DNA of 64,000 bases from Candidatus Sericytochromatia bacterium (GTDB lineage Bacteria > Cyanobacteriota > Sericytochromatia > UBA7694). Each line of letters opens with the position of its first letter. Within the stretch, counting starts at the first letter, position 1. The stretch spans positions 83,732 through 147,731 of the forward strand of contig CAXRDE010000016.1 in NCBI GenBank assembly GCA_964229355.1, read 5' to 3'. The notes beneath the pieces are model-generated. The model worked only from the letters and a program-made list of their open reading frames with translations, searched no databases and was not told the DNA's origin. Below are positions 28,277 to 37,457 of the stretch, in pieces. The position numbers were made by a program, and so were the translations under genes.

Positions 28277-28855
28277 TTAACTCAGGCCATTCAAAACAGC
28301 TTTTGAGATGGCTTTAAGCGTGGCAAAAACACCCTGACCGTTGACAGCAACTGCCTCAAAATAGGGCACTCTCTCAGGGTTCAGGTCGTTTTCTAGTTCT
28401 TCGACGGGCATTGAGTCAGGAATATCGCGCTTATTGTATTGAATAATCCAGGGTATTTTACCCAGAACCATACCGTAAGAAGCCAGGTTCTCAATCATGT
28501 TGGCTTTGCTATCAATATTTTCTTGCTTCTTCTTGCGAGAAGAGTCAGCCACAAACACGAGACCGTCGGCGCCGTTCAAAACGAGACGACGGCTGGCGTT
28601 GTACTCTACCTGCCCTGGAACAGTATAGAGCGAGAACTTGGTTTTAAATCCTTGCACAGACCCCAGGTCTAAAGGCAAGAAATCAAAGAACAGGGTGCGT
28701 TCATTGGCTGTGTTTAGCGATACCATTTCACCCCGAATGGTGGGACTGAGTTGTTTATGTAAGTATTCTAAGTTGGTCGTTTTTCCACCCATACCGGTTC
28801 CGTAAAAAACCAGTTTACAGTGAATTTCGCGACTCGCGTAGTTAATTAGCGCCAT
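28277..28855 (-). CDS. mglA: Ras-like small GTPase MglA
   Basis: Close to the MglA consensus: INYASREIHCKLVFYGTGMGGKTTNL, ERTLFFDFLP, LYTVPGQVEY, IQYNKRD. Confidence 0.9.
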   Translation of the reverse strand: MALINYASREIHCKLVFYGTGMGGKTTNLEYLHKQLSPTIRGEMVSLNTANERTLFFDFLPLDLGSVQGFKTKFSLYTVPGQVEYNASRRLVLNGADGLVFVADSSRKKKQENIDSKANMIENLASYGMVLGKIPWIIQYNKRDIPDSMPVEELENDLNPERVPYFEAVAVNGQGVFATLKAISKAVLNGLS

Positions 28856-28867
28856 AGTCTTTTGTCC

Positions 28868-29293
28868 TTATCTCCGATTTCCGCCACTCATACTGGAGAC
28901 CTCGTCGCTGATGCGTTTGGCCATCTGTTGGGTCTTGAGCTTAATCATTCCCAATGTGGTTTTCTCATCAAAAATAACGGTGATCAAGTCCTGAGAGTCA
29001 AGCAGAGAGATAAAGATATTTAAGTTATCACCTTGCTGGAACATGGTTTTAAATTCGGCTTCGCCAAGCAGTCTGGCAATCTCACGGGTGGAGGAGAAGG
29101 CGCCCACGACGAGGGCTGAGAGCGCCATCACGTGAGGAGATTCTTCACCTACAAGTGCAAGATGTTGTCCGCTCTTTTCAACAAGCAGAATAGACTTTGC
29201 ATTGGTTTCGGATTGCAGTTCGGTAAGTAACTCCGTAATGCGCTGAATGCCTTCAGGAGTTATCACGAGACTGCTAAGTTGAGGATTTAACAT
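28868..29293 (-). CDS. mglB: Roadblock/LC7 protein (MglB-like GAP)
   Basis: 141 aa, Roadblock-like pattern (SILLVEKSGQHLA...ALVVGAFSSTREIA), immediately upstream of mglA. Confidence 0.75.
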   Translation of the reverse strand: MLNPQLSSLVITPEGIQRITELLTELQSETNAKSILLVEKSGQHLALVGEESPHVMALSALVVGAFSSTREIARLLGEAEFKTMFQQGDNLNIFISLLDSQDLITVIFDEKTTLGMIKLKTQQMAKRISDEVSSMSGGNRR

Positions 29294-29308
29294 AGCTTGT
29301 GCAACCTG

Positions 29309-30196
29309 TCATAGTTCTATTTTTAATTCTTTTACCCAATGCTGAGTCGTGTCCGGAAAGACACGCTCAACTTTATTGATAACCTGCTGAAGAAATGTTT
29401 CTCCGTAGATCGGGGTGATCAGTTTTAACAAATGATTCAAGCAGATACTGTAAAGCTCAGTCTGTTCCACCAAACTCAAACTTTGTAATTTATCATCCAC
29501 AATGATACCATCTTGTAGCTCGATCATCCAGTTTTTTTCTTCAATCAGCTTTTCGAGCCGCTCATTCATCTCCTGTTTTAGTTTTAAACCACTGATGGAG
29601 TTGAACTCATTGAGCAAAGTGTTCGCCAGGGTCAAAAAGAAGCGTCGCAGCGCTGTGCTGGCCTCTTCTTTCAATTGGACAACGCCTTTGGCTTCTAAAG
29701 CGACGAGGGTTTCAATCACACCAATGGGGTCTTCTGGTACTTGATCCAGAAGTCCATGCAGCGCGACAGGCCCGTCAAAAGCTTTTAAGTGCTCAATCAG
29801 TGTGCTGTTTTGCAACGCGTCGGGAGACCCCAGGTACTGAACGTGGGTGTTAGGCGCAAGGGTGGGATATTTGCGCTGGATTTTTTTCCAGGTTTCGACG
29901 TAGATAATGCCTTGTTGAATCAGGGTGTCTAAATCACTGGAAATGGTGGGTTCAGGCAGTGTGGTTTCTGTTAAAAAGTCGAAGGTGGCACTGCTGCCAT
30001 AATTCAACATCTCATACACCGCAGCCTGTCCTGACAGTTCAGGCGTCTCTGCGTGAGACACCTTGCCGTCATGGACAAAAATACGACTCGTTAGCCCTTC
30101 AAACTCAATCACCAACTCGCCGGTTTTCTGACTGTCAATGAGGATCCTGAGGATATCGGGTAGGCTAAAGTCTGCAAATCTTCCGCTGAACTTCAT
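29309..30196 (-). CDS. DUF4388 / PATAN-domain protein
   Basis: N-terminal FSGRFADFSLPDILRILIDSQKTGELVIEF...RIFVHDGKVSHAE matches the DUF4388 pattern. 4-nt overlap with the upstream gene. Confidence 0.7.
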   Translation of the reverse strand: MKFSGRFADFSLPDILRILIDSQKTGELVIEFEGLTSRIFVHDGKVSHAETPELSGQAAVYEMLNYGSSATFDFLTETTLPEPTISSDLDTLIQQGIIYVETWKKIQRKYPTLAPNTHVQYLGSPDALQNSTLIEHLKAFDGPVALHGLLDQVPEDPIGVIETLVALEAKGVVQLKEEASTALRRFFLTLANTLLNEFNSISGLKLKQEMNERLEKLIEEKNWMIELQDGIIVDDKLQSLSLVEQTELYSICLNHLLKLITPIYGETFLQQVINKVERVFPDTTQHWVKELKIEL

Positions 30197-31167
30197 TCAC
30201 TTACCGCAATAATTAAAGTTTCTTTGTCGGTAAAGGTTTCTTCTGCGTAAGGGTAGGGAATTTCCAGCGTGCTCCGCTTCCAGATCTGCCGTTTTTGTTC
30301 GATTAATCTTTCCACGTCACCCAGTGCCACGCCGCTTTGCTCACTGTGGTGGAAAACGAGTGTGCGAGAGCCACTGCACAGATCCATAAACTGCCCGAGA
30401 GCCTGAAGATAAGCCTGAGGGTCTTCAAAGTGCTGTCCCAATCGTGGCCCGTGTTCGGCCCCTAAGAGACCATCCAGGTTGATTTGAGTTACGCGACGCG
30501 TCCAGCATTCGGCCAGCTCTGCTTTTAAGTGGGTAAAACGAAACCCGCTCATGCCCGGTGGGCTGAGTACCGTAACATGGCTCGGCAATTGGGAAGCCAT
30601 TTCGTAGGCATCGGTAAAGTAAACCATGTTCGGCTGATCGTTGTTGACGACCCAGTCATTGAGCTGTTGCACATAGTGCAGTAAAGCATCTTGGCTGGCC
30701 ATGGGTTTGGGTTGTAAGGCCCGCTGGTTAAATCCGAGCCAGTAGCTCATGGTCAAATAGACCGCAGTATACGCCATGCCTTTGAGTTCAGCGTTGTTTT
30801 GAAAGCTGGGTTCACCTTCGATATTGTTCCACCACTGCGACAGCAATTGGGTTTCTTCTTTGGTGAAATAGTGATCTTGCCAAAGCTCAAAGTCTCCGGC
30901 ACCCTCTAAACCCCCACTGGTGATTAAGTTAAAGTGGTTTGGGGTCAGAATTGCATCGTTGTTTTGCACCAGCGCGACGGACTTCCAGTAGTTGCTTTGC
31001 AAAATTTCAGTGACAAAGGTTTGGTAACCTTTGCGTTTAAACCATTGTGCAACGCGACCGTTGCCTCCAAAGGGAATATAGACACTGCTGAATTCAATAT
31101 CAGCAAGTTCTTCCCATATCCAGGCTGCTAACGTTTTACGGGAGCTATCAAGGGCGGTGTTCATCAT
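30193..31167 (-). CDS. D12 (Dam)-like methyltransferase-fold protein with degenerate catalytic motif
   Basis: YIPFGGNGRV resembles Dam motif I (PFxGxGxV). AYTAVYLTMSYWLGFN resembles LFLYLNRxGYNG. The DPPY position reads SPPG (VTVLSPPGMSGF). Confidence 0.4.
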   Translation of the reverse strand: MMNTALDSSRKTLAAWIWEELADIEFSSVYIPFGGNGRVAQWFKRKGYQTFVTEILQSNYWKSVALVQNNDAILTPNHFNLITSGGLEGAGDFELWQDHYFTKEETQLLSQWWNNIEGEPSFQNNAELKGMAYTAVYLTMSYWLGFNQRALQPKPMASQDALLHYVQQLNDWVVNNDQPNMVYFTDAYEMASQLPSHVTVLSPPGMSGFRFTHLKAELAECWTRRVTQINLDGLLGAEHGPRLGQHFEDPQAYLQALGQFMDLCSGSRTLVFHHSEQSGVALGDVERLIEQKRQIWKRSTLEIPYPYAEETFTDKETLIIAVSE

Positions 31168-31219
31168 AGGGACAGCAATCCTTTCTTCACTACTTTAAGA
31201 TAACATACTTATTCTTGAC

Positions 31220-32215
31220 TTATTGCGATCGATGTACGCAAAAGTGTGCCAGTTCCACGAGGGCTTCTTGTGCGGGGCTTTTGGGTAAAACGTTTAAGGC
31301 CTGTAAGGCCTGGTTCAGATAGCGATCGGCCTCCTGGGTGCAAAGTGCTAAAGCATTGCTATCGAGTACAATGTCGAAGGCCCGCTGCAGACGCTCGGGG
31401 TCTTCAGTCTTGCTAGCAATAATTTCTTTGAGCTCTTGCGCATGGGGGGAATGATGAAGGGCATAGAAGGTGGGTAAGGTGACTTGCCCTTGAATCAGAT
31501 CGTTATGGGCCGCTTTACCCAGGTCGTCAGAACTGACTGTGAAATCAAGCATGTCATCCATAATTTGAAAGGCAATGCCCACGTCATGACCGTAGGTGTA
31601 AAGTGCTTTCTCTACAGCCTGTGATTGTCCGTTGATAATGCCAGCCCCTTGACAACCCACCGCCATCAGCAGGGCTGTTTTGCGTCGAATTTGATCCACG
31701 TACTCTTCAAGAGAAAAGTCTGTGCTATAGCGCCGCCGCAACTGGGTCATTTCACCGTTACACATATCCATGACCATTTGCGAAAAAATGGTGTTGAGGT
31801 GGACTTTTTCAATCATTGAAATGTAATAGCAAGAGCGGGCCAGCAAGAAGTCTCCGGTTAATACAGAGGTACGCAAGCCCCATTTGTTGTTGACGGTGGG
31901 TAAGCCTCTGCGGGTGTCAGAACCGTCAATAATATCGTCATGGATGAGGGTGGCGGTATGGAGAATTTCTACCGCCATTGCCAGCAGGTGATGCTTTGAG
32001 ACCAATTCGCCTTCATGATGAGGATTACTGGCTCGCGCCGCCAGGAGGACCATGAGCGGCCGCAGGCGCTTGCCGCCTGCTTTCATCAGGTGAGTTGCAG
32101 AGGCAACAAGTTCCGCATCATAATTTTCAAGTTCTTTTAAAACAACTTCTTGTAATTGGGCCAAATCAGGGGCCACAAGCTGAAAAAAAGCCTGTTCAGA
32201 AACAGAAGATTTCAT
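31220..32215 (-). CDS. Long-chain polyprenyl diphosphate synthase (IspB/SdsA-like)
   Basis: First and second Asp-rich motifs LIHDDIIDGSDTRRG and FQIMDDMLDF. ATG at 32215 (MKSSVSEQ) with SD AAGGAA preferred over the track start at 32305. Confidence 0.85.
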   Translation of the reverse strand: MKSSVSEQAFFQLVAPDLAQLQEVVLKELENYDAELVASATHLMKAGGKRLRPLMVLLAARASNPHHEGELVSKHHLLAMAVEILHTATLIHDDIIDGSDTRRGLPTVNNKWGLRTSVLTGDFLLARSCYYISMIEKVHLNTIFSQMVMDMCNGEMTQLRRRYSTDFSLEEYVDQIRRKTALLMAVGCQGAGIINGQSQAVEKALYTYGHDVGIAFQIMDDMLDFTVSSDDLGKAAHNDLIQGQVTLPTFYALHHSPHAQELKEIIASKTEDPERLQRAFDIVLDSNALALCTQEADRYLNQALQALNVLPKSPAQEALVELAHFCVHRSQ

Positions 32216-32335
32216 TGGGGTTTTCCTTTGTGAACTCACGCCGTTATTTAGGGTGAGCGAGTCGCAGTAATTGTAGCATGGGAGCAAAGCTTGCTGAGTG
32301 CACAAGTCCTTAAGAAATTTCGCTATAATAAGCCT

Positions 32336-32953
32336 ATGCGTTATCCCGTTATCTCTTTTCTTGCCCTGGGTTTATGGAGCAGTTGCTTTATGTCGGGTTG
32401 TGTGATTAATCCCCAGCCCGATCGGCCCACGCTGTCTGATTTACGCCTGCCCGATTACGAAGACTTAATTTCTGGAGGCGGAACGGATATTTTAGACCCT
32501 GACCTTCCCCGCGGTGGTATTCAATCTCCGACCCTGGATACGGGGGAACTGCGAGAAACCCTGCGTTTACAGTACGGTATTCAACTCAACAATGCCCAGT
32601 GGGCACAATTGCGGGCCTTAACGCAGGTTTCTCCTAACGGAGAATGGTCTGCCAGCGCCAACCGTACCGCTCAAGAAAACCTGGAAGTCAACTATCAGCG
32701 CTTTTCTCCGCTGTTTACGCCTTTGATTACGTCCGTTAACGAATATAAGTTGAAAGCGGTAACGTTTGCTGAAAATCCGCAGGTGCCTTTTTATCTGGAC
32801 GTGAACTACTTCGTCACGCGACAGAGCATTTTACTGGTGAAATGGGATGAGCTCAGTGGTGAGTTTATTCTCTTGCAGCCCGATGGCACGGTGGCTAACT
32901 ACCTGATTACCCGTGATATTACCCCTGCAAACTATGTGAAGGTTCAGTTTTAG
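32336..32953 (+). CDS. Lipoprotein of unknown function
   Basis: MRYPVISFLALGLWSSCFMSGC signal peptide plus lipobox. The track ORF starts upstream at 32291 with a TTG alt-start. Confidence 0.6.
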   Translation: MRYPVISFLALGLWSSCFMSGCVINPQPDRPTLSDLRLPDYEDLISGGGTDILDPDLPRGGIQSPTLDTGELRETLRLQYGIQLNNAQWAQLRALTQVSPNGEWSASANRTAQENLEVNYQRFSPLFTPLITSVNEYKLKAVTFAENPQVPFYLDVNYFVTRQSILLVKWDELSGEFILLQPDGTVANYLITRDITPANYVKVQF

Positions 32954-33251
32954 AGAATATTTTGCTGAGCAGTTTGCGTTTAAGCCAAAAAGCGGCGACG
33001 CCATAAGCCAAAAAGAGGGGGATAAGCAGCGCGATTGTTAAGAACGGAGGGGCCTGTGCTGCCAAAATAAAGTATACGGGTAGTCCGATCACCAGAAAAC
33101 AAGGCATTAAAAACGCCACGATACCAGAGGCTATAAATCCCCAGCCAAATTGGCGATCATAACGTCGATGCAACAGGTGAGTGGTATAGAACGCATAAGC
33201 AACACTTAAAAACAGTGCCGTGGCGAGAGATTCCCAGTGAATGTGAAACAT
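32919..33251 (-). CDS. Small integral membrane protein (3 TM)
   Basis: 110 aa with three hydrophobic helices. No family recognised. Confidence 0.5.
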   Translation of the reverse strand: MFHIHWESLATALFLSVAYAFYTTHLLHRRYDRQFGWGFIASGIVAFLMPCFLVIGLPVYFILAAQAPPFLTIALLIPLFLAYGVAAFWLKRKLLSKIFSKTEPSHSLQG

Positions 33252-33334
33252 GAAAAAGCCCTGAAGTCTACAATACGATTAGGCTGGCATCGTATCATAT
33301 CTTCAGGGCGGTGGTGTGTAAATAAGAGCGGTGT

Positions 33335-34018
33335 TTAAGCTGATCGCTTTTGGGGAGTTTTGCTCGATTGACGGTTCATTTCTTCCAGTTCGGTGAGTAA
33401 ACGAGAAGCCTGATGGCGACTCATGTGTTTCCAACTGGATTGACTGGTTTGTAGATAAGATTTAAGCTGCTCACTGGTCCAACCCAGTTTTTGGCACAGG
33501 GTCTTAATATGCTCTTTTTGGGCGGGTGTGGCTTCAGCTGGTGTGGTGTTGCTCTGCCGTGAACTGTTGATATAAGCGGTCAGATCGCGGATTTTTCGAC
33601 CCTGATCGTCGGCGGGGGCATAGCGGGGTTTGCCGCGATCGTCTGTGCCGTTTTCGACGGCTTTGACCCGTACCGAGGGTAGGCTATACAGAAAGCGTCC
33701 AATGCCCCATTTCACAGCGGCGCGTTTGAAAGCGTCACTGGCCTGGCCTTTTTCGGCTTCAAACTGGGATTGGCTCCCGCAATCTGATTTGGTAATCCAG
33801 GTGTTATCCACGCGGAGCGACAGATCGCAATACACGTTGCCCGCGACCTCTCGGTAATGATCTTGCCAATTTTCAGGTCCCATGACTTCATCGAGAAGAT
33901 CCATCACCTGACGGGCGTCGATGTAAGCGACACAATCGCACCCCCAGGAACGGGCGCTTTGGACTTTCCAACGAAAGGGAATTTCTTGCTTCAGGGCTTG
34001 AAGGGATGATGTTGTCAT
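33335..34018 (-). CDS. Rad52/Rad22-type single-strand annealing protein
   Basis: Core WQDHYREVAGNVYCDLSLRV...KGQASDAFKRAAVKWGIGRFLYSLP matches the Rad52/Sak/DdrA signature (KGAxSDAxKRAAxxFGIGRYLY). Confidence 0.75.
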   Translation of the reverse strand: MTTSSLQALKQEIPFRWKVQSARSWGCDCVAYIDARQVMDLLDEVMGPENWQDHYREVAGNVYCDLSLRVDNTWITKSDCGSQSQFEAEKGQASDAFKRAAVKWGIGRFLYSLPSVRVKAVENGTDDRGKPRYAPADDQGRKIRDLTAYINSSRQSNTTPAEATPAQKEHIKTLCQKLGWTSEQLKSYLQTSQSSWKHMSRHQASRLLTELEEMNRQSSKTPQKRSA

Positions 34019-34041
34019 AAAACCAATCCTTTATGAATAAA

Positions 34042-34085
34042 ATGTATACAGGTGTATGTTGTTATGATAATACATTTGTATACAA
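34042..34085. promoter_or_regulatory. Large imperfect inverted repeat (operator-like) upstream of the Rad52-like gene
   Basis: ATGTATACAGGTGTAT, 12 nt, ATACATTTGTATACAA. Arms match 13/16 and each carries a TGTATACA palindrome. It lies 24-67 nt upstream of the ATG at 34018. Confidence 0.45.
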
Positions 34086-34108
34086 AAAATCAAGTTTTTA
34101 AACGGGGG

Positions 34109-35083
34109 TTAATGCAAAAAGTCGACAGCCTGTTGCATGTCGGTGGGTAGTGGGGCGTCAAAACTAAGCCATTCACGGCTTTGGGGGTGATGAAAACCCA
34201 GGCAGGCGGCGTGCAAAGCGTGGCGCTTCAGATAAGCCGCCAGGGGATGATCTTCGGCCAGGCGTGTGCCATAAAGCCAGTCATGCACAATCGGATGACC
34301 AATATGTGCCAGATGGGTGCGAATCTGGTGCGTACGCCCTGTAAAGAGCTCCACTTCCAATAAGGCAAACCCCTCAAGAGCCGCTAAGCATCGCCAGGCG
34401 GTACGGGCTGTTTTGCCCACTTTGCCCTGGTAGGCAAAATTGGCCATGTACTTACGGTCTCGTGTTGAAGGAGCCAGGTTGGTTTCAATGAGGCCCTGAT
34501 TTTGTGTGGGAACACCGTGCACCAGCGCGCGGTAAATTTTTTTTGGGGTTCGCTTTAAAAACTGTTGTGACAACTTGCGTTTGGCTTCGGGGGTTTTGCC
34601 GATCACCAGCAGTCCAGAGGTATCTTTATCGAGCCGGTGTATAAGGCCGGGTTTAATGGGGGCGTTCATGTCACCCAGTTGCTGACGAAAATGATAAATC
34701 AGGCCGTTCGCGAGGGTGCCGTCCCAATGGCGGTACGTGGGGTGTACCGCGATACCCGGTGGTTTACACACCACGATTAAAGCCTCATCTTCGTAGTAAA
34801 TATCCAGGTCCATGGGTTCGGCAATCATATCTGTAGAGGCGGGACGCATGAGGCTAATTTCTAAACGATCGCCGGCCTGTAAACCATAGGAATTTTTGAC
34901 GGGTTTGCCATTGACGGTGACCCGTTCTTCGGCAATGGCTTTTTGCACGCGGTTGCGGGTAGCGTATTTGATTTTTTGGGTGAGGTAGCTGTCCACCCGT
35001 TGGCGCTCGCTGAGGGTGGGAATCTCAAAAACAAGGGTCTCTTGCTTGAGAAGACGCCCGGTTTTATCAAAGATCTCGGTCAT
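34109..35083 (-). CDS. rluD: RluA/RluD-family 23S rRNA pseudouridine synthase
   Basis: S4-like N-terminus (RVDSYL...SRNRVQKAI) and catalytic HRLDKDTSGLLV. Confidence 0.85.
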   Translation of the reverse strand: MTEIFDKTGRLLKQETLVFEIPTLSERQRVDSYLTQKIKYATRNRVQKAIAEERVTVNGKPVKNSYGLQAGDRLEISLMRPASTDMIAEPMDLDIYYEDEALIVVCKPPGIAVHPTYRHWDGTLANGLIYHFRQQLGDMNAPIKPGLIHRLDKDTSGLLVIGKTPEAKRKLSQQFLKRTPKKIYRALVHGVPTQNQGLIETNLAPSTRDRKYMANFAYQGKVGKTARTAWRCLAALEGFALLEVELFTGRTHQIRTHLAHIGHPIVHDWLYGTRLAEDHPLAAYLKRHALHAACLGFHHPQSREWLSFDAPLPTDMQQAVDFLH

Positions 35084-35258
35084 GGTTTTGGGTTTTGCGG
35101 AATTCGCGGGTTTCGTGAATGCGCCGTAAAAGCAGAGCGATAGAAAAGCCCAAAAAGGCCTGAGCGATCCATTCCTGGGCGGGACGACCGTTGGCTATGC
35201 TCAAAACAACGCCTCCCAGGGTAAACACCGTGACAAAGTAACACAAATTCATAAGCAT
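35067..35258 (-). CDS. Small membrane protein (63 aa, 2 TM)
   Basis: Two hydrophobic helices. Overlaps both neighbours by 10-17 nt, consistent with coupling. Hypothetical. Confidence 0.4.
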   Translation of the reverse strand: MLMNLCYFVTVFTLGGVVLSIANGRPAQEWIAQAFLGFSIALLLRRIHETREFRKTQNHDRDL

Positions 35259-36061
35259 GGCAAAGGTCCTAAGTTGTAGTGGCCTGTCCAGAGGGGGCTG
35301 GCGGCTTTGAGGAACCTTAAGCCAAAGGCCTCACCATAGGTCCAGTGTTTAAGGTAGCGGATACGAGAAGACCATTGCTCGGGTTCCTGGGGCGACAGCA
35401 AACCCCCTTGAAAGCTCACCGCATCCTGGGTTTGCATTTTGCATTGAAATATTTTCTGTGCAAGGGGGGAACGTAAAAGGGGAATCCAGTGTTGATAGGT
35501 CAGTTCAGACACCAGAGCCGCTTGCTGAAAGTAGCGGGACCAGGCTAAAAAACAGCGGTGAATATCCCGGCGAGCAAGATACATGAAGACCCCTTCCGCT
35601 TGCAAAAGCGTGGGGGTATCGGGGGCAAGAGAGAGAAGCCACTCTAAGTCCGTTACAGAGGCTGGGAGTTGTTGTTCTTCTGGAAGGTATTTTTGGCGCA
35701 GGGCAATGACCTCAGGCAAATCCAGGTGCCACCACTGTTGCGGATTACCTCGGCGGTGGGGAGGTAAACGGTGGTAGCGACTATCCAGCCCACATCCCAG
35801 TTGAATGATCTGTCCCTGGGGGTAAGTGGCCAAAAAATCGCGTGCCGCCTGATCGTAATGTTGGGCGCGTGCCACCAGGACTTGTGCCAGGGGGGAGGAG
35901 ACCGGGTGATAGGCTTCGGTATGGCTTGCCACCAGGGCCTCTGCACAGGCATCAAAAAAAGCGTCCCCCCGATCTTTGCTGGCCTGTGCACGGCTTAGCA
36001 GCGGAACCCAAAGGGTTTGGGACACCCCTGGCAAGGGCGTTTTTTTTTGATGCCTTGTCAT
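35249..36061 (-). CDS. Class I SAM-dependent methyltransferase (LCM/TcmP-like O-methyltransferase)
   Basis: IIQLGCGLDSRYHRL matches the leucine-carboxyl-methyltransferase family SAM motif. Confidence 0.65.
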   Translation of the reverse strand: MTRHQKKTPLPGVSQTLWVPLLSRAQASKDRGDAFFDACAEALVASHTEAYHPVSSPLAQVLVARAQHYDQAARDFLATYPQGQIIQLGCGLDSRYHRLPPHRRGNPQQWWHLDLPEVIALRQKYLPEEQQLPASVTDLEWLLSLAPDTPTLLQAEGVFMYLARRDIHRCFLAWSRYFQQAALVSELTYQHWIPLLRSPLAQKIFQCKMQTQDAVSFQGGLLSPQEPEQWSSRIRYLKHWTYGEAFGLRFLKAASPLWTGHYNLGPLPCL

Positions 36062-36066
36062 GGCGT

Positions 36067-37287
36067 TTACTTTAAAGCACCCGCAAGGGCTTCGGCTTTG
36101 TCGGTGCGCTCCCAGGGCAAGTTCAGTTCAGGGCGACCAAAATGTCCGTATGCTGCGGTTTGACGATAAATCGGGCGACGTAAATCCAGGGTGTGAATAA
36201 TACCTGCGGGACGTAAGTCAAAGTGGGTATTGACCAGGTCCGCTAAAGCTTGCTCGCTGAGTTTGCCGGTGCCAAAGGTTTCTACATGTACAGATACAGG
36301 AGCCGCCACACCAATAGCGTAGCTCAATTGCACCTGACATTGTTTGGCAAGGCCTGCGGCCACAATGTTTTTCGCCACGTAACGGGCTGCGTAACTGGCA
36401 GAGCGGTCCACTTTGGTGGGATCCTTGCCTGAAAAGGCACCGCCCCCGTGGGGAGCGTATCCACCGTAGGTATCTACAATAATCTTGCGGCCGGTTAAGC
36501 CCGCGTCTCCGACAGGACCCCCAATTACAAAACGTCCTGAGGGGTTAATCAACATTTTGGTGGCGTCGGTAACCATGTCAGCGGGCAGGGTAGGACGAAT
36601 CACGTGTTCCAGAATATCTTCTTGAATACGTGCCAGTACTTTGTCATTGGCGCTTTCTCCGGCAATTTCAGGATCATGCTGGGTCGAAATCACCACGGTG
36701 TCGATGGCTTTGGGTACACCGTTTTCATACTGTACGGTGACCTGGGACTTTGCGTCAGGGCGCAGATAGCTGAGGGTGCCTGCTTTACGCAGCTCGGTAA
36801 GCCGTTGCACCAGGCGGTGAGCCAGGGTAATGGGGAGGGGCATCAACTCAGGGGTTTCATCACAGGCATAACCAAACATTAGTCCCTGGTCGCCAGCACC
36901 CACCTGATCGAATTGTTGGTCCAGCTCTGCCTCGCTTTTGCCACGCACTTCTAAGGCCACGTCCACAGCGGCAGCAATATCCGGTGACTGGCGGTTAATC
37001 GAAGTCATGACGGAGCAGGTTTGGCCGTCAAAGCCCATGTCTGAGGTGTTATAGCCAATATCTAAAATCACATCGCGTACCACCTGAGGAATATCCACAT
37101 AGGTTTCGGTGGTGATTTCGCCGCTGACCACCACCAGACCTGTGGTGGTTAAGCATTCACAAGCCACACGGGCCTGGGGATCATCTTTAAGGATAGCGTC
37201 TAAAATGGCGTCTGAAATTTGATCGCAAATTTTATCAGGATGGCCTTCGCTTACTGATTCTGAAGTAAACAGTCCGTTCTTAATCAT
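36067..37287 (-). CDS. metK: S-adenosylmethionine synthetase
   Basis: [57 protein letters not shown] at 37287 (MIKNGLF) with SD AAGAGGA. The track start at 37344 adds a non-conserved leader. Confidence 0.95.
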   Translation of the reverse strand: MIKNGLFTSESVSEGHPDKICDQISDAILDAILKDDPQARVACECLTTTGLVVVSGEITTETYVDIPQVVRDVILDIGYNTSDMGFDGQTCSVMTSINRQSPDIAAAVDVALEVRGKSEAELDQQFDQVGAGDQGLMFGYACDETPELMPLPITLAHRLVQRLTELRKAGTLSYLRPDAKSQVTVQYENGVPKAIDTVVISTQHDPEIAGESANDKVLARIQEDILEHVIRPTLPADMVTDATKMLINPSGRFVIGGPVGDAGLTGRKIIVDTYGGYAPHGGGAFSGKDPTKVDRSASYAARYVAKNIVAAGLAKQCQVQLSYAIGVAAPVSVHVETFGTGKLSEQALADLVNTHFDLRPAGIIHTLDLRRPIYRQTAAYGHFGRPELNLPWERTDKAEALAGALK

Positions 37288-37457
37288 AATGTCCTCTTGT
37301 TGGGTGGCGGTGTATAGATAACTCACCGCATAAAATTTAGGCACTAGCGTAGCATAATTTTAGGGTGTACTGCATAAAATGCAGTGGCGATGGGTATAGG
37401 AATGTTATCAGCACGTTTGCAAACCGCTTAATCATTCATTAAGGATCGTTTATTATC

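Noticed and set aside
32919-35258. Prophage remnant around the Rad52-like gene.
   Set aside because: The flanking genes are a membrane protein, a lipoprotein, rluD and a methyltransferase. There is no integrase, terminase, capsid, tail or repressor gene and no att-like repeats.
36067-37287. Using MetK insertions (longer loops before GAGDQG and after STQH) to assign the genome to a specific phylum.
   Set aside because: Similar-length loops occur in several unrelated phyla, so the indels are not diagnostic by eye. Taxonomy needs marker-gene phylogeny, which I cannot run.
37288-37457. Possible SAM riboswitch in the metK leader.
   Set aside because: I could not find the conserved SAM-I, SAM-II or SAM-V core sequences. 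Only a short 6-bp hairpin (ACTGCA taaaa TGCAGT) is present, and the region also serves as a divergent promoter.
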